Made by a program: the position numbers and the translations under genes. A stretch of DNA of 44,293 bases, taken from contig JBHLNS010000028.1 in assembly GCA_048941285.1 (NCBI GenBank), forward strand, positions 1 through 44,293, read 5' to 3'. This document shows, one piece after another, positions 1 to 7,189 of this stretch. This DNA comes from Promethearchaeota archaeon (GTDB taxonomy: Archaea > Asgardarchaeota > Lokiarchaeia > Sigyniarchaeales > SOKP01). How positions within the stretch are numbered: position 1 is the first letter of the stretch; each line of letters opens with the position of its first letter. The notes beneath the pieces were generated by a model. That model did no database searches. It saw only the letters and a program-made list of their open reading frames with translations, and was not told where the DNA came from.

Positions 1-204
1 CATTCTTTCGCATGGAGCCCAATTCGCCGATTAATGAAGCAACAGGGCGCTAGCATTGTAGCTCGAAATGCAGTTGATTTATTAATTGATCATTTAGAAA
101 AAACTGCTACTGCATTAACTGAGCAGGCACGAACATTCACAATGCATGCGAACAGAAAGAAAATCACAAAGAATGATCTTCTCCTTTCAATTAAATACAA
201 ATAA
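1..204 (+). CDS. Archaeal histone (HMf/histone-fold), 5'-truncated by the window edge
   Basis: Frame 1 reads HSFAWSPIRRLMKQQGASIVARNAVDLLIDHLEKTATALTEQARTFTMHANRKKITKNDLLLSIKYK*. P-I-x-R-L-M-K, the GA-x-x-V L1 loop and HAxRKxI-x-x-D L2 loop are HMf-like. Not in the ORF track. Confidence 0.9.
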   Translation, partial: HSFAWSPIRRLMKQQGASIVARNAVDLLIDHLEKTATALTEQARTFTMHANRKKITKNDLLLSIKYK

Positions 205-231
205 GGAGATTTTCTGAGTTAAAAAAATTAA

Positions 232-253
232 TTTTTTTTTCTTTTTTTTCTTT
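232..253 (+). terminator. Oligo-T archaeal terminator after the histone gene
   Basis: TTTTTTTTTCTTTTTTTTCTTT about 28 nt after the histone stop, between convergent genes. Confidence 0.55.
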
Positions 254-256
254 ACT

Positions 257-592
257 TTATGTTTTGACCTTGTATCTATCCTTTTGGTTGAAAAACGTGA
301 TATCAGCATATCCTTTATAGATTTTAGCTGAGTGTTTTACTCCCTTTGGAATGAAATACCGATCGCCTTTTCTAAATACAAACTCTTTACCATCTATAGT
401 TAAATCAATTTGACCCTCAAGAATGACCCCCCATTGACTCTTGTGAGAGTGTTCCTCAATAATTACATCTTTTTCAAATTCCATGTATAATATTTGAAAG
501 TGTTCTCCCTGTGCTAGATATGCTTTAAGCCCATCTATAGGGATATCTGCTCTTGGTAATTCTAATACTGGTTCGGGAAAAATTTCTAACAT
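257..592 (-). CDS. Cupin-2 domain protein
   Basis: EHSH...QWGVILEG and GD..FIPKGVKH cupin motifs. Confidence 0.85.
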   Translation of the reverse strand: MLEIFPEPVLELPRADIPIDGLKAYLAQGEHFQILYMEFEKDVIIEEHSHKSQWGVILEGQIDLTIDGKEFVFRKGDRYFIPKGVKHSAKIYKGYADITFFNQKDRYKVKT

Positions 593-635
593 ATATATTC
601 ATCCATTCGATAATATTTCAATCTAAGTTTTATAA

Positions 636-1202
636 TTAATTTTGTTTAAGACTAATCCGTTCTCCTAATTTATAGTAATTGAAATCTCCTCCTGTAGTCC
701 AAATAATCGGGTGGATTTTTCTCCAGTCAAGTTTCACATTCCCTTCTTCTTCGAAGGTGTATTGTTGATTTACATAAGACTTAACTACTTTGCCAATAAT
801 TCCTTCACCATCACCATAGTTGAGGATTTCATGTACTTTGCATTCTATATTAACTGGACATTCACGGATCATTGGAGCTGTTTTTAATTCTCCATAAAAA
901 TTATCAAAGAGAGAACTTTTATCAATATCACGTCCAGATTTGCTCCCACATATACTTGTTTTTTCCACGAGATCTTCCGATGGAATATTTACACTAAAAG
1001 TCATATTCTCATGAATTCCGATTGCAGTATAGCGTTTTGGATATAAACTGAAGAAAATATATTTACCAAAATCAAATGGGCAACTATATCCGATTACCAA
1101 ATAATTTGGTTTGTCATTGACATTTGCACCAACCAAAATCACTGGTAATGGACTGAGTAGATTTCTTTCAGTTACTTGCTTATTTAAATTTTTTTCTTTC
1201 AT
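636..1202 (-). CDS. Flavin reductase-like FMN-binding protein (flavoredoxin, DIM6/NTAB family)
   Basis: PLPVILVGA, FSVNIP, CGSKSGRDIDK, APMIRECPVNIECKV. Confidence 0.85.
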   Translation of the reverse strand: MKEKNLNKQVTERNLLSPLPVILVGANVNDKPNYLVIGYSCPFDFGKYIFFSLYPKRYTAIGIHENMTFSVNIPSEDLVEKTSICGSKSGRDIDKSSLFDNFYGELKTAPMIRECPVNIECKVHEILNYGDGEGIIGKVVKSYVNQQYTFEEEGNVKLDWRKIHPIIWTTGGDFNYYKLGERISLKQN

Positions 1203-1214
1203 TTTTTTTAGCCT

Positions 1215-1826
1215 TTATGGTTTTTTTACAATATAATCAATAACACAGGTCCGCCCCGTATTAAAATAATTTCCTTTTAAAATTTGTCTTTTTTCTTTAT
1301 AAATTATCTCGAAATCCTTAAAATATTTATCAGGTTCATTATCATCATAAAAACTATGAAGAAATTTGTCATTACTCCCTATAGTTACAACTTCCCCCGG
1401 ATTTTGTTCTATTCCATTACCATAATGAGTATCGTCCTTTGAAAGGAAGTTTACATAACAAAGTCCTCCTTTTTTCAGCACTCTATACATTTCTTTGATG
1501 GCAGTACCTGTATCAATCTTATTTAAGTGAAATATAGAATTATAGGAAAATACAAAACTAAAAAAATTAGAGTCAAATGGTATTTTTCTCATATCTGCTT
1601 TAATGATTTTTAGGTTGATTCCATTTTCTTCACAATATTCATTAGAATAGTTAATTGAATCCTCCGAAATATCAATCCCATAAGCTTCAAAACCATTTTC
1701 TTGAAAAAATGCCAGCTTAGGGTTTGGACCTCCCGCTCCACAATCTAAAATATTTTTCTCTAAAGGAATTGAATTCGTAAACCTAAGGAAATTATACAAT
1801 GAAGATGGATAAAAATTTTGGATCAT
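1215..1826 (-). CDS. Class I SAM-dependent methyltransferase
   Basis: ILDCGAGG motif I, GIDIS, ADMRKIPF, EMYRVLKKGG. Confidence 0.85.
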   Translation of the reverse strand: MIQNFYPSSLYNFLRFTNSIPLEKNILDCGAGGPNPKLAFFQENGFEAYGIDISEDSINYSNEYCEENGINLKIIKADMRKIPFDSNFFSFVFSYNSIFHLNKIDTGTAIKEMYRVLKKGGLCYVNFLSKDDTHYGNGIEQNPGEVVTIGSNDKFLHSFYDDNEPDKYFKDFEIIYKEKRQILKGNYFNTGRTCVIDYIVKKP

Positions 1827-1869
1827 TTTCCATATCTACCTCAAATCTGTTAGGTATTTAATCGTTCTT

Positions 1870-2451
1870 TTATAATTTTTTATACTTCTTACCAATCTCA
1901 AATGCTGGTGCCAATTTTTCCCCAATTTTCCAATAATTATTTATAGAATATGCATAAGTTTTTAATTTGGCAATATCAGGTATTCCTTCTGTTAAATAAT
2001 CCTCATCTGCATAAACATTTACTATCTTTCCAATGAAAATTTCATGACCTTTCTCAATCTCTACTAAATCCTTGATTTTAAAGGATTTGATAACCTCACA
2101 TTCAAGATTTAAAGGTGAAAGACTTGCCATTGGAGCAGTTTTGAGATCCCCATAAAAAACATCAAAGACTTCTGATTTATCTGTTTCTTTTCCAGATACT
2201 ATACCACAATAATCAACCTTTTCTGCTAAATCTTCAGTAGGTGTATTGACACTGAATGTTCGATTTTCATTAATACCAATGTTAGTATAATGAGTCACCC
2301 AAGAAGCTATTGAAATCATTGGAGGATCAGCTTCTACAATACCAACGTATGCAAGTGTCTCAAAATTTGGCTTTCCATTTACGTTCGCCCCTATAAGAGC
2401 AACTGGCATAGGAAATAAATAAGCCCTTGGAGTTATTTTACTTTTTTTCAC
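1870..2451 (-). CDS. Flavin reductase-like FMN-binding protein (flavoredoxin), paralogue of 636..1202
   Basis: PMPVALIGA, FSVNTP, CGIVSGKETDK, PLNLECEV, HEIFIGKI; GTG start. Confidence 0.85.
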   Translation of the reverse strand: MKKSKITPRAYLFPMPVALIGANVNGKPNFETLAYVGIVEADPPMISIASWVTHYTNIGINENRTFSVNTPTEDLAEKVDYCGIVSGKETDKSEVFDVFYGDLKTAPMASLSPLNLECEVIKSFKIKDLVEIEKGHEIFIGKIVNVYADEDYLTEGIPDIAKLKTYAYSINNYWKIGEKLAPAFEIGKKYKKL

Positions 2452-2493
2452 TAAATTCCACTTTTAATAATTATATATATGTATAAAAGAAAA

Positions 2494-2515
2494 AGATGAC
2501 ATAAATAGATGACAT
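2494..2515. promoter_or_regulatory. Tandem direct repeat AGATGACAT-N4-AGATGACAT, possible transcription-factor site upstream of the flavoredoxin gene
   Basis: Perfect 9-mers at 2494-2502 and 2507-2515, next to a TATA-like tract at about 2471-2488. Confidence 0.3.
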
Positions 2516-2632
2516 TAATGAACTAAGAACGAACTTTGAACTCATATTCAAAATTTGTACTAAAACTGCCAATTCGTTCTAATAGACTGTTATTTTGTTT
2601 TTTAGTGCAGAATTTAAAGATAAAATGATATT

Positions 2633-2995
2633 TTAACCACAACAATTGGTATTTGAACTAGTTCCACTGGCAGGTGCACAACCACAACTATTATCAGTTA
2701 CTTCTCCTTTTTTTGCGTTTTTAGCAACACCTCTTGCATTCCATAAACAGCCACATCCTTTTCGTTCATTCAGGATAATTGCTTGAGTGGGACAATTTCT
2801 TTTACAGGCACTGCATTCTGTACATAAGTCCGGTCTTGGAATTTCATATTTACCAGAACTATTATCTTGTGGAAGACCAAATGGGCATACTTCAGCACAA
2901 AGACCACATCCATTACACACATCTTTATCAATGAAGATTAAAACATCTTTAATAAATTCAGTAAAATCAAATGATTCAAGATTAGTTTCTGTCAT
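2633..2995 (-). CDS. hgcB: HgcB-like 2x[4Fe-4S] ferredoxin with Cys-rich tail
   Basis: CNGCGLCAEVCP and CTECSACKRNCP (HgcB-type CxECxAC), then GCGC, CGC and terminal CCG. Lies directly downstream of the hgcA-like gene, with a GGAGG SD. Confidence 0.75.
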   Translation of the reverse strand: MTETNLESFDFTEFIKDVLIFIDKDVCNGCGLCAEVCPFGLPQDNSSGKYEIPRPDLCTECSACKRNCPTQAIILNERKGCGCLWNARGVAKNAKKGEVTDNSCGCAPASGTSSNTNCCG

Positions 2996-3040
2996 TTTCC
3001 TTACCTCCTATTTTTATACATCTTTTATTTTTTATTAAAT

Positions 3041-4702
3041 TTATGTAGAAAATATAAATCCTAAAATTAGAAGTACTATATTTAGGATAATTAAAATCTT
3101 ATTTGTTAAATTAAAAATGGGATATTCTTCTTGGATTTCTCTAGGACTTGTAGCCATTGAGTATCCACTAAATGACATCGTTGAAAAGAATGTAATCCAA
3201 AAATAAAAACCAAGTTGCCATAGAATATAATAGATATTATAATGGATTAAAAAAGATAACCCTCCCAAGAGAACCATATTAATAATACCAAAAAAGATAC
3301 CTTTAAAAATAAATCTCCTTGTGAATTTTGAAATTGGGAACAATATTGCTATAATTAAATTTGCTATAATTATCCAGAGCGATAATTCACCAATCCACCA
3401 TAATTTATTGAACCAAGTTAGAATTGAAAACAGTAATACTAAAGCAATTAAAGGCAAGATGAAAATTTTTCGGAATAAAAATGAGAGATGAGTTACTCCA
3501 GCACGAATTCTATGGTATAGTGTAAATTTAGCTAGTTTCATTCGATCAGGTTTTTTAGCAGGATTTTCATCAAGAAATTGAGGTATTTGTTTTGACCAGA
3601 TTGGTCCATATCTAATTCTAAAGGGAAATTCTTCTGAATTCTTAGGAAGTTGAGGTATAGCGACACCTCCGGCTGAAAGTTGTGGAAGTAGTAAGGTTTT
3701 CTTTTTAGTGATATTTCTTATATCTGTTGCATCTATTACCTCAAGAAGTTGTTTATTTCCAAAATCATTGCCACGAGCAGCACACCATACATTTATGCCG
3801 TTTGAATCAACACATAATACCCAAGCATCACGTCCTTTAAGGTCACGCATTACCTTAATATATGTAAATTCATAATTAGCAGTGACAATTATAGGTGATT
3901 TTTCATCAGGATTTCCAGATTTATAAATACCAGGTTCTATTGGTACACGATCAACTTGTCCTGTGAATATACAACGATAAATTCTCAACTGAGATCGAAA
4001 TCCCTTAAATCTTTTTATTCCGGGTCGATAATATCCCGGCTCATTAGTTCCATTATCAGTAACTTTTTGTAATTCTATTGCTTGGATTGAACCGTGTTTC
4101 CATTTTGCCAGTGTATTGATTTTATAACCTATTGGCTCTAGATATTTAAAAAACCATTTAATTAGATACGTACTTTGTATTCGTAAGCGCCTTAATTTTT
4201 TCTTATATCGCCATCTTTTTAGTTTAAATATTAGCTTCCAAAAGCCAGTAGGTACGAATTCAGCAGCTAAAATTAAACGTCCATTTGGTTTCAACATTTT
4301 CCATACTTTCCTAAGAAAAAGTTGTTGTTCTAAAGGACGAAGTTCAGATAACATAAATTTACTAACTATTAAATCTTGAGAACGAGTTGGTATAGTCAAA
4401 TCTGTAAATGAACCCGTTTGGTATAATAACTTTCCTCCAGATAAATCAGATGGAAAGTTTTTCATAGCATAATTAATCATTTGAAAGTTTTGATCAATCG
4501 CAATTACATTATTTCCTTTTTGAGCCATTTTTGAAGCGAGCGTTCCTGTACCGCATCCAATTTCTAAAATTGACTCGGAATTATTAATTTGATTTAAAAT
4601 CCAGTTTTGTACTTCAATATTTACTCCTTTTGTAAGAGCTGTAAACTTAGAATCGTAAGATTCTGGTTCTTCTTCTAATTTTCGCATATAGACGACAGCC
4701 AT
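3041..4702 (-). CDS. hgcA: Fusion of a class I SAM methyltransferase, an HgcA-like corrinoid-binding (CdhD-like) domain and a transmembrane domain
   Basis: N-terminal ILEIGCGTG / VIAID / KMLKPNGRL. Middle EPGIY..GNPD..SPIIVTANY, GINVWCAARGNDFG (Cys TGT at 3782-3784), LLLPQLSAGG, YGPI. C-terminal 4-5 hydrophobic helices with FSGYSMATS (HgcA has FTGxxxxTS). Confidence 0.8.
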   Translation of the reverse strand: MAVVYMRKLEEEPESYDSKFTALTKGVNIEVQNWILNQINNSESILEIGCGTGTLASKMAQKGNNVIAIDQNFQMINYAMKNFPSDLSGGKLLYQTGSFTDLTIPTRSQDLIVSKFMLSELRPLEQQLFLRKVWKMLKPNGRLILAAEFVPTGFWKLIFKLKRWRYKKKLRRLRIQSTYLIKWFFKYLEPIGYKINTLAKWKHGSIQAIELQKVTDNGTNEPGYYRPGIKRFKGFRSQLRIYRCIFTGQVDRVPIEPGIYKSGNPDEKSPIIVTANYEFTYIKVMRDLKGRDAWVLCVDSNGINVWCAARGNDFGNKQLLEVIDATDIRNITKKKTLLLPQLSAGGVAIPQLPKNSEEFPFRIRYGPIWSKQIPQFLDENPAKKPDRMKLAKFTLYHRIRAGVTHLSFLFRKIFILPLIALVLLFSILTWFNKLWWIGELSLWIIIANLIIAILFPISKFTRRFIFKGIFFGIINMVLLGGLSFLIHYNIYYILWQLGFYFWITFFSTMSFSGYSMATSPREIQEEYPIFNLTNKILIILNIVLLILGFIFST

Positions 4703-4769
4703 AAGTAACCAAACTGTTTTTTATAATTTTATTTTGATTTTAAAGCTCTTGAAATATTTATAGAATGTA

Positions 4770-4793
4770 TCATATAAAAATATTTCGATGTGA
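4770..4793. promoter_or_regulatory. Imperfect 12+12 palindrome, putative ArsR operator
   Basis: TCATATAAAAAT/ATTTCGATGTGA (9/12 symmetric) in the hgcA-like/arsR divergent spacer. A second TATGAA-N15-TTCATA lies at 4809-4835. Confidence 0.45.
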
Positions 4794-4877
4794 ATCTAGC
4801 GTAATAAATATGAATAAAATTTTTATAATTTCATACGTTCTATAATAATAAGAATAAAAAAATAGAATCATATTTCA

Positions 4878-5270
4878 ATGAAAGTTGATCGAAAGGAAAA
4901 AATTAAAGATACATTATGTGGATGTGAAGATTGTTCTGATAGCAATAAATATTTTGAAAATCTACAGCAAATTGGAAAAGAATTGAAATTTGATCAAAAT
5001 TTAAATTCATTGTTTGCATTTTTTAATGCTTTAGGAAACAAAGAACGTTTGACCATACTAACAGCATTGAACAACAAAGAACGCTGTGTTTGTGAATTAG
5101 AGGCGATTTTAGATAAATCTCAACCCTCAATTTCTCACCACCTACGAGAGTTGGAAAAAGTAGGTCTTATTCGTGGATGGAAAAAAGGTAAATACACATA
5201 TTATACATTAATAAAAGAAGAATTTAAGAACCTTATAGCAAGCCTAAATCAAGAGTTTAGTTTTGAATAA
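4878..5270 (+). CDS. arsR: ArsR/SmtB-family metalloregulatory repressor
   Basis: FNALGNKERLTIL, ERCVCELE (CVC alpha3 site), SQPSISHHLRELEKVGLI HTH; N-terminal CGCEDC. Confidence 0.85.
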   Translation: MKVDRKEKIKDTLCGCEDCSDSNKYFENLQQIGKELKFDQNLNSLFAFFNALGNKERLTILTALNNKERCVCELEAILDKSQPSISHHLRELEKVGLIRGWKKGKYTYYTLIKEEFKNLIASLNQEFSFE

Positions 5271-5321
5271 TTTAAACAAAAATTGGTTTTTGAGTATAAA
5301 ATACGAAAATAGGAATCAATA

Positions 5322-5990
5322 TTAAATAGATTCTGAATGCTTCTTTAACATATCGGCATCAGTTTTACCCATTCTTACTGCTAATTCTGCTATAATTGAA
5401 TCGAGATATACAAATGCCGCAATTTCAAATTGTGTTCCCTCAGTTGTGAGTACCGCTTGATCATCCTGAGGATCAGGTCTATCCCGTTTTGTTCGACCCT
5501 TCAATTTAATAGTAATGTCAGCAATCCTCCCAATAATTGATTCTGTATGAGAAGTTATTGATACTATAGCAAATGGTTTTACATTATTAACATAATTCTC
5601 CAATAATGATACTACTATCTTGGTAGTTCCAGATCCTGAAAGCACAATCAAAATATCCTCTTTAGAGACTGCGGGTATTGAAGCTAAATTGGTTACCATA
5701 TACACGTCCACTCCAAGATGGACTAGTCTAGTTGCAAAACATTGTAATATAAATGCACTTCTTCCAGAAGCTAATAAAAAGAATTTTCGCTTATTTATTA
5801 TTCCATCATAAACTAACTCAATGAATTTTTGAGTAAATTTGAAATATTTATCTTTCTTGAGATGTTCGACGTTTTCATCTAAATTTTTCATAAGTATATT
5901 CATTGCACGGAAAAGAATTTCTTTAGCTCGACCATTTACTTCAATCTGGTTTTCTCCCATATTAGTTTTCTCAACCATTATTATTTTCAA
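5322..5990 (-). CDS. hxlB: SIS-domain sugar isomerase, 6-phospho-3-hexuloisomerase-like (true start probably 5978 or 5960)
   Basis: ASGRSAF, FATRLVHLG, VLSGSGTT, GTQFE. Confidence 0.75.
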   Translation of the reverse strand: MKIIMVEKTNMGENQIEVNGRAKEILFRAMNILMKNLDENVEHLKKDKYFKFTQKFIELVYDGIINKRKFFLLASGRSAFILQCFATRLVHLGVDVYMVTNLASIPAVSKEDILIVLSGSGTTKIVVSLLENYVNNVKPFAIVSITSHTESIIGRIADITIKLKGRTKRDRPDPQDDQAVLTTEGTQFEIAAFVYLDSIIAELAVRMGKTDADMLKKHSESI

Positions 5991-6061
5991 TGTTTTTAGA
6001 TTAATAATTTATATAAAGAAGGATATAAAAAATATATTTTGGTTAATAAAATTTTAGTCCT

Positions 6062-6079
6062 AAGGTATTAAAATACCTT
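6062..6079. promoter_or_regulatory. Perfect palindrome AAGGTATT-AA-AATACCTT, putative operator upstream of the hxlB-like gene
   Basis: 8-bp perfect arms with a 2-bp spacer, about 70 bp upstream of the ORF. Confidence 0.45.
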
Positions 6080-6155
6080 GTATCAAAAGGATAATTGATA
6101 ATTTTTGTAAATATTAAGATTGAAAGAATTATATAGCTAATAAAATAATATTAAT

Positions 6156-6225
6156 TGTGCCCATTTATAGTGTCTTTATGAGATTAATTCTTAATTCAAT
6201 GATTATTGATCTCCAAATGGGCACA
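6156..6225. other. Intergenic nested stem-loop (candidate structured RNA element)
   Basis: TGTGCCCATTT (6156-6166) / AAATGGGCACA (6215-6225) form a perfect 11-bp stem enclosing GAGATTAAT (6180-6188) / ATTGATCTC (6205-6213). Confidence 0.4.
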
Positions 6226-6258
6226 CATATTTTAGAGTGAAATTTTATGATCGTTAAA

Positions 6259-7137
6259 TTAAGCTAAAAGGGCTCCAATTGCCCCACAGTATTCAGAATT
6301 TTTTAAGAAAATTGCTTTTATATTATTCACTCGACATATTAATGAGATAATATTCTTTAAAATCCTATTTTCTATTAAAAAACCTCCGCAAAAGATAATA
6401 TCTCTTACATCATTGTAAACAGCGATGTTAGTAGCAATAGTGCCTACATTTTCACCAATCATACAAATTATAGAATTGATAAAATCTTCTTTGTTTAAAG
6501 AATTAACATTAAAATCCTCATCAATCTTGCCTAATGAAGCTGCCGTATATTCTCTAAAAAGTAAATCAATTCTGTTATCTTCAGGTGAATAAATATCTGA
6601 GACTTTTAGATCGACAACATAACGATTTCCTTTTTTTGCTACACTTATTGCTTCTTGAAAATCATTCAAATCATATAATAATTTTATAATCCCCATAAAA
6701 AAACCACCTCCAAGAGCTGAACCACCCAAATGCTTAAAATTTCTATCCATTAAGATAATCGAAGTCCCTGTGCCAATGGTTACCATTAATGATCGTGAAA
6801 GTTCTTCATTTTTCTCCAAATTATGAAGAAAATTGATTCCTCTAACACTAGCTTCAAATTCGTTTATTAGATTAGATTTAAAATTCCTGGAATATTCTTT
6901 ATATAAATCAAAGCTCTTTCCCCCTGTGAAACTGAAAGTATTAAATTTTCCTTTTTTAGTTTTCAAAAATTGTTTGATTTCCAAAACAGATTTTTGTGTA
7001 GGAAAGGAAGCTAAAATTAAGTTACTCCCATCTAGATGAGCAAATTTAGAAAGAGTCTGTCCCATATCTATTCCTACTGTATTAAAGGGGATTTTCGAAA
7101 TATTATCGCCAAGATTAATTTTTATCATTTTATACAT
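6259..7137 (-). CDS. coaW: Type II pantothenate kinase (Fumble/CoaW family)
   Basis: GIDMGQTLSK, NEFEA..RG, IGTGTSI, HLGGSALGGG, GN..VDLKVSDIY, ASLGK, GAIGAL. Confidence 0.85.
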   Translation of the reverse strand: MYKMIKINLGDNISKIPFNTVGIDMGQTLSKFAHLDGSNLILASFPTQKSVLEIKQFLKTKKGKFNTFSFTGGKSFDLYKEYSRNFKSNLINEFEASVRGINFLHNLEKNEELSRSLMVTIGTGTSIILMDRNFKHLGGSALGGGFFMGIIKLLYDLNDFQEAISVAKKGNRYVVDLKVSDIYSPEDNRIDLLFREYTAASLGKIDEDFNVNSLNKEDFINSIICMIGENVGTIATNIAVYNDVRDIIFCGGFLIENRILKNIISLICRVNNIKAIFLKNSEYCGAIGALLA

Positions 7138-7189
7138 TACTTAAATTAAAATTCAATTCTTTCATTATTTTATATTATCAATTTAATAA

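Noticed and set aside
3041-4702. Acetyl-CoA synthase corrinoid subunit (CdhD/CdhE) call
   Set aside because: No TIM-barrel or N-terminal Fe-S domain; it has the NVWCAA cap helix, TM domain and HgcB-like neighbour instead.
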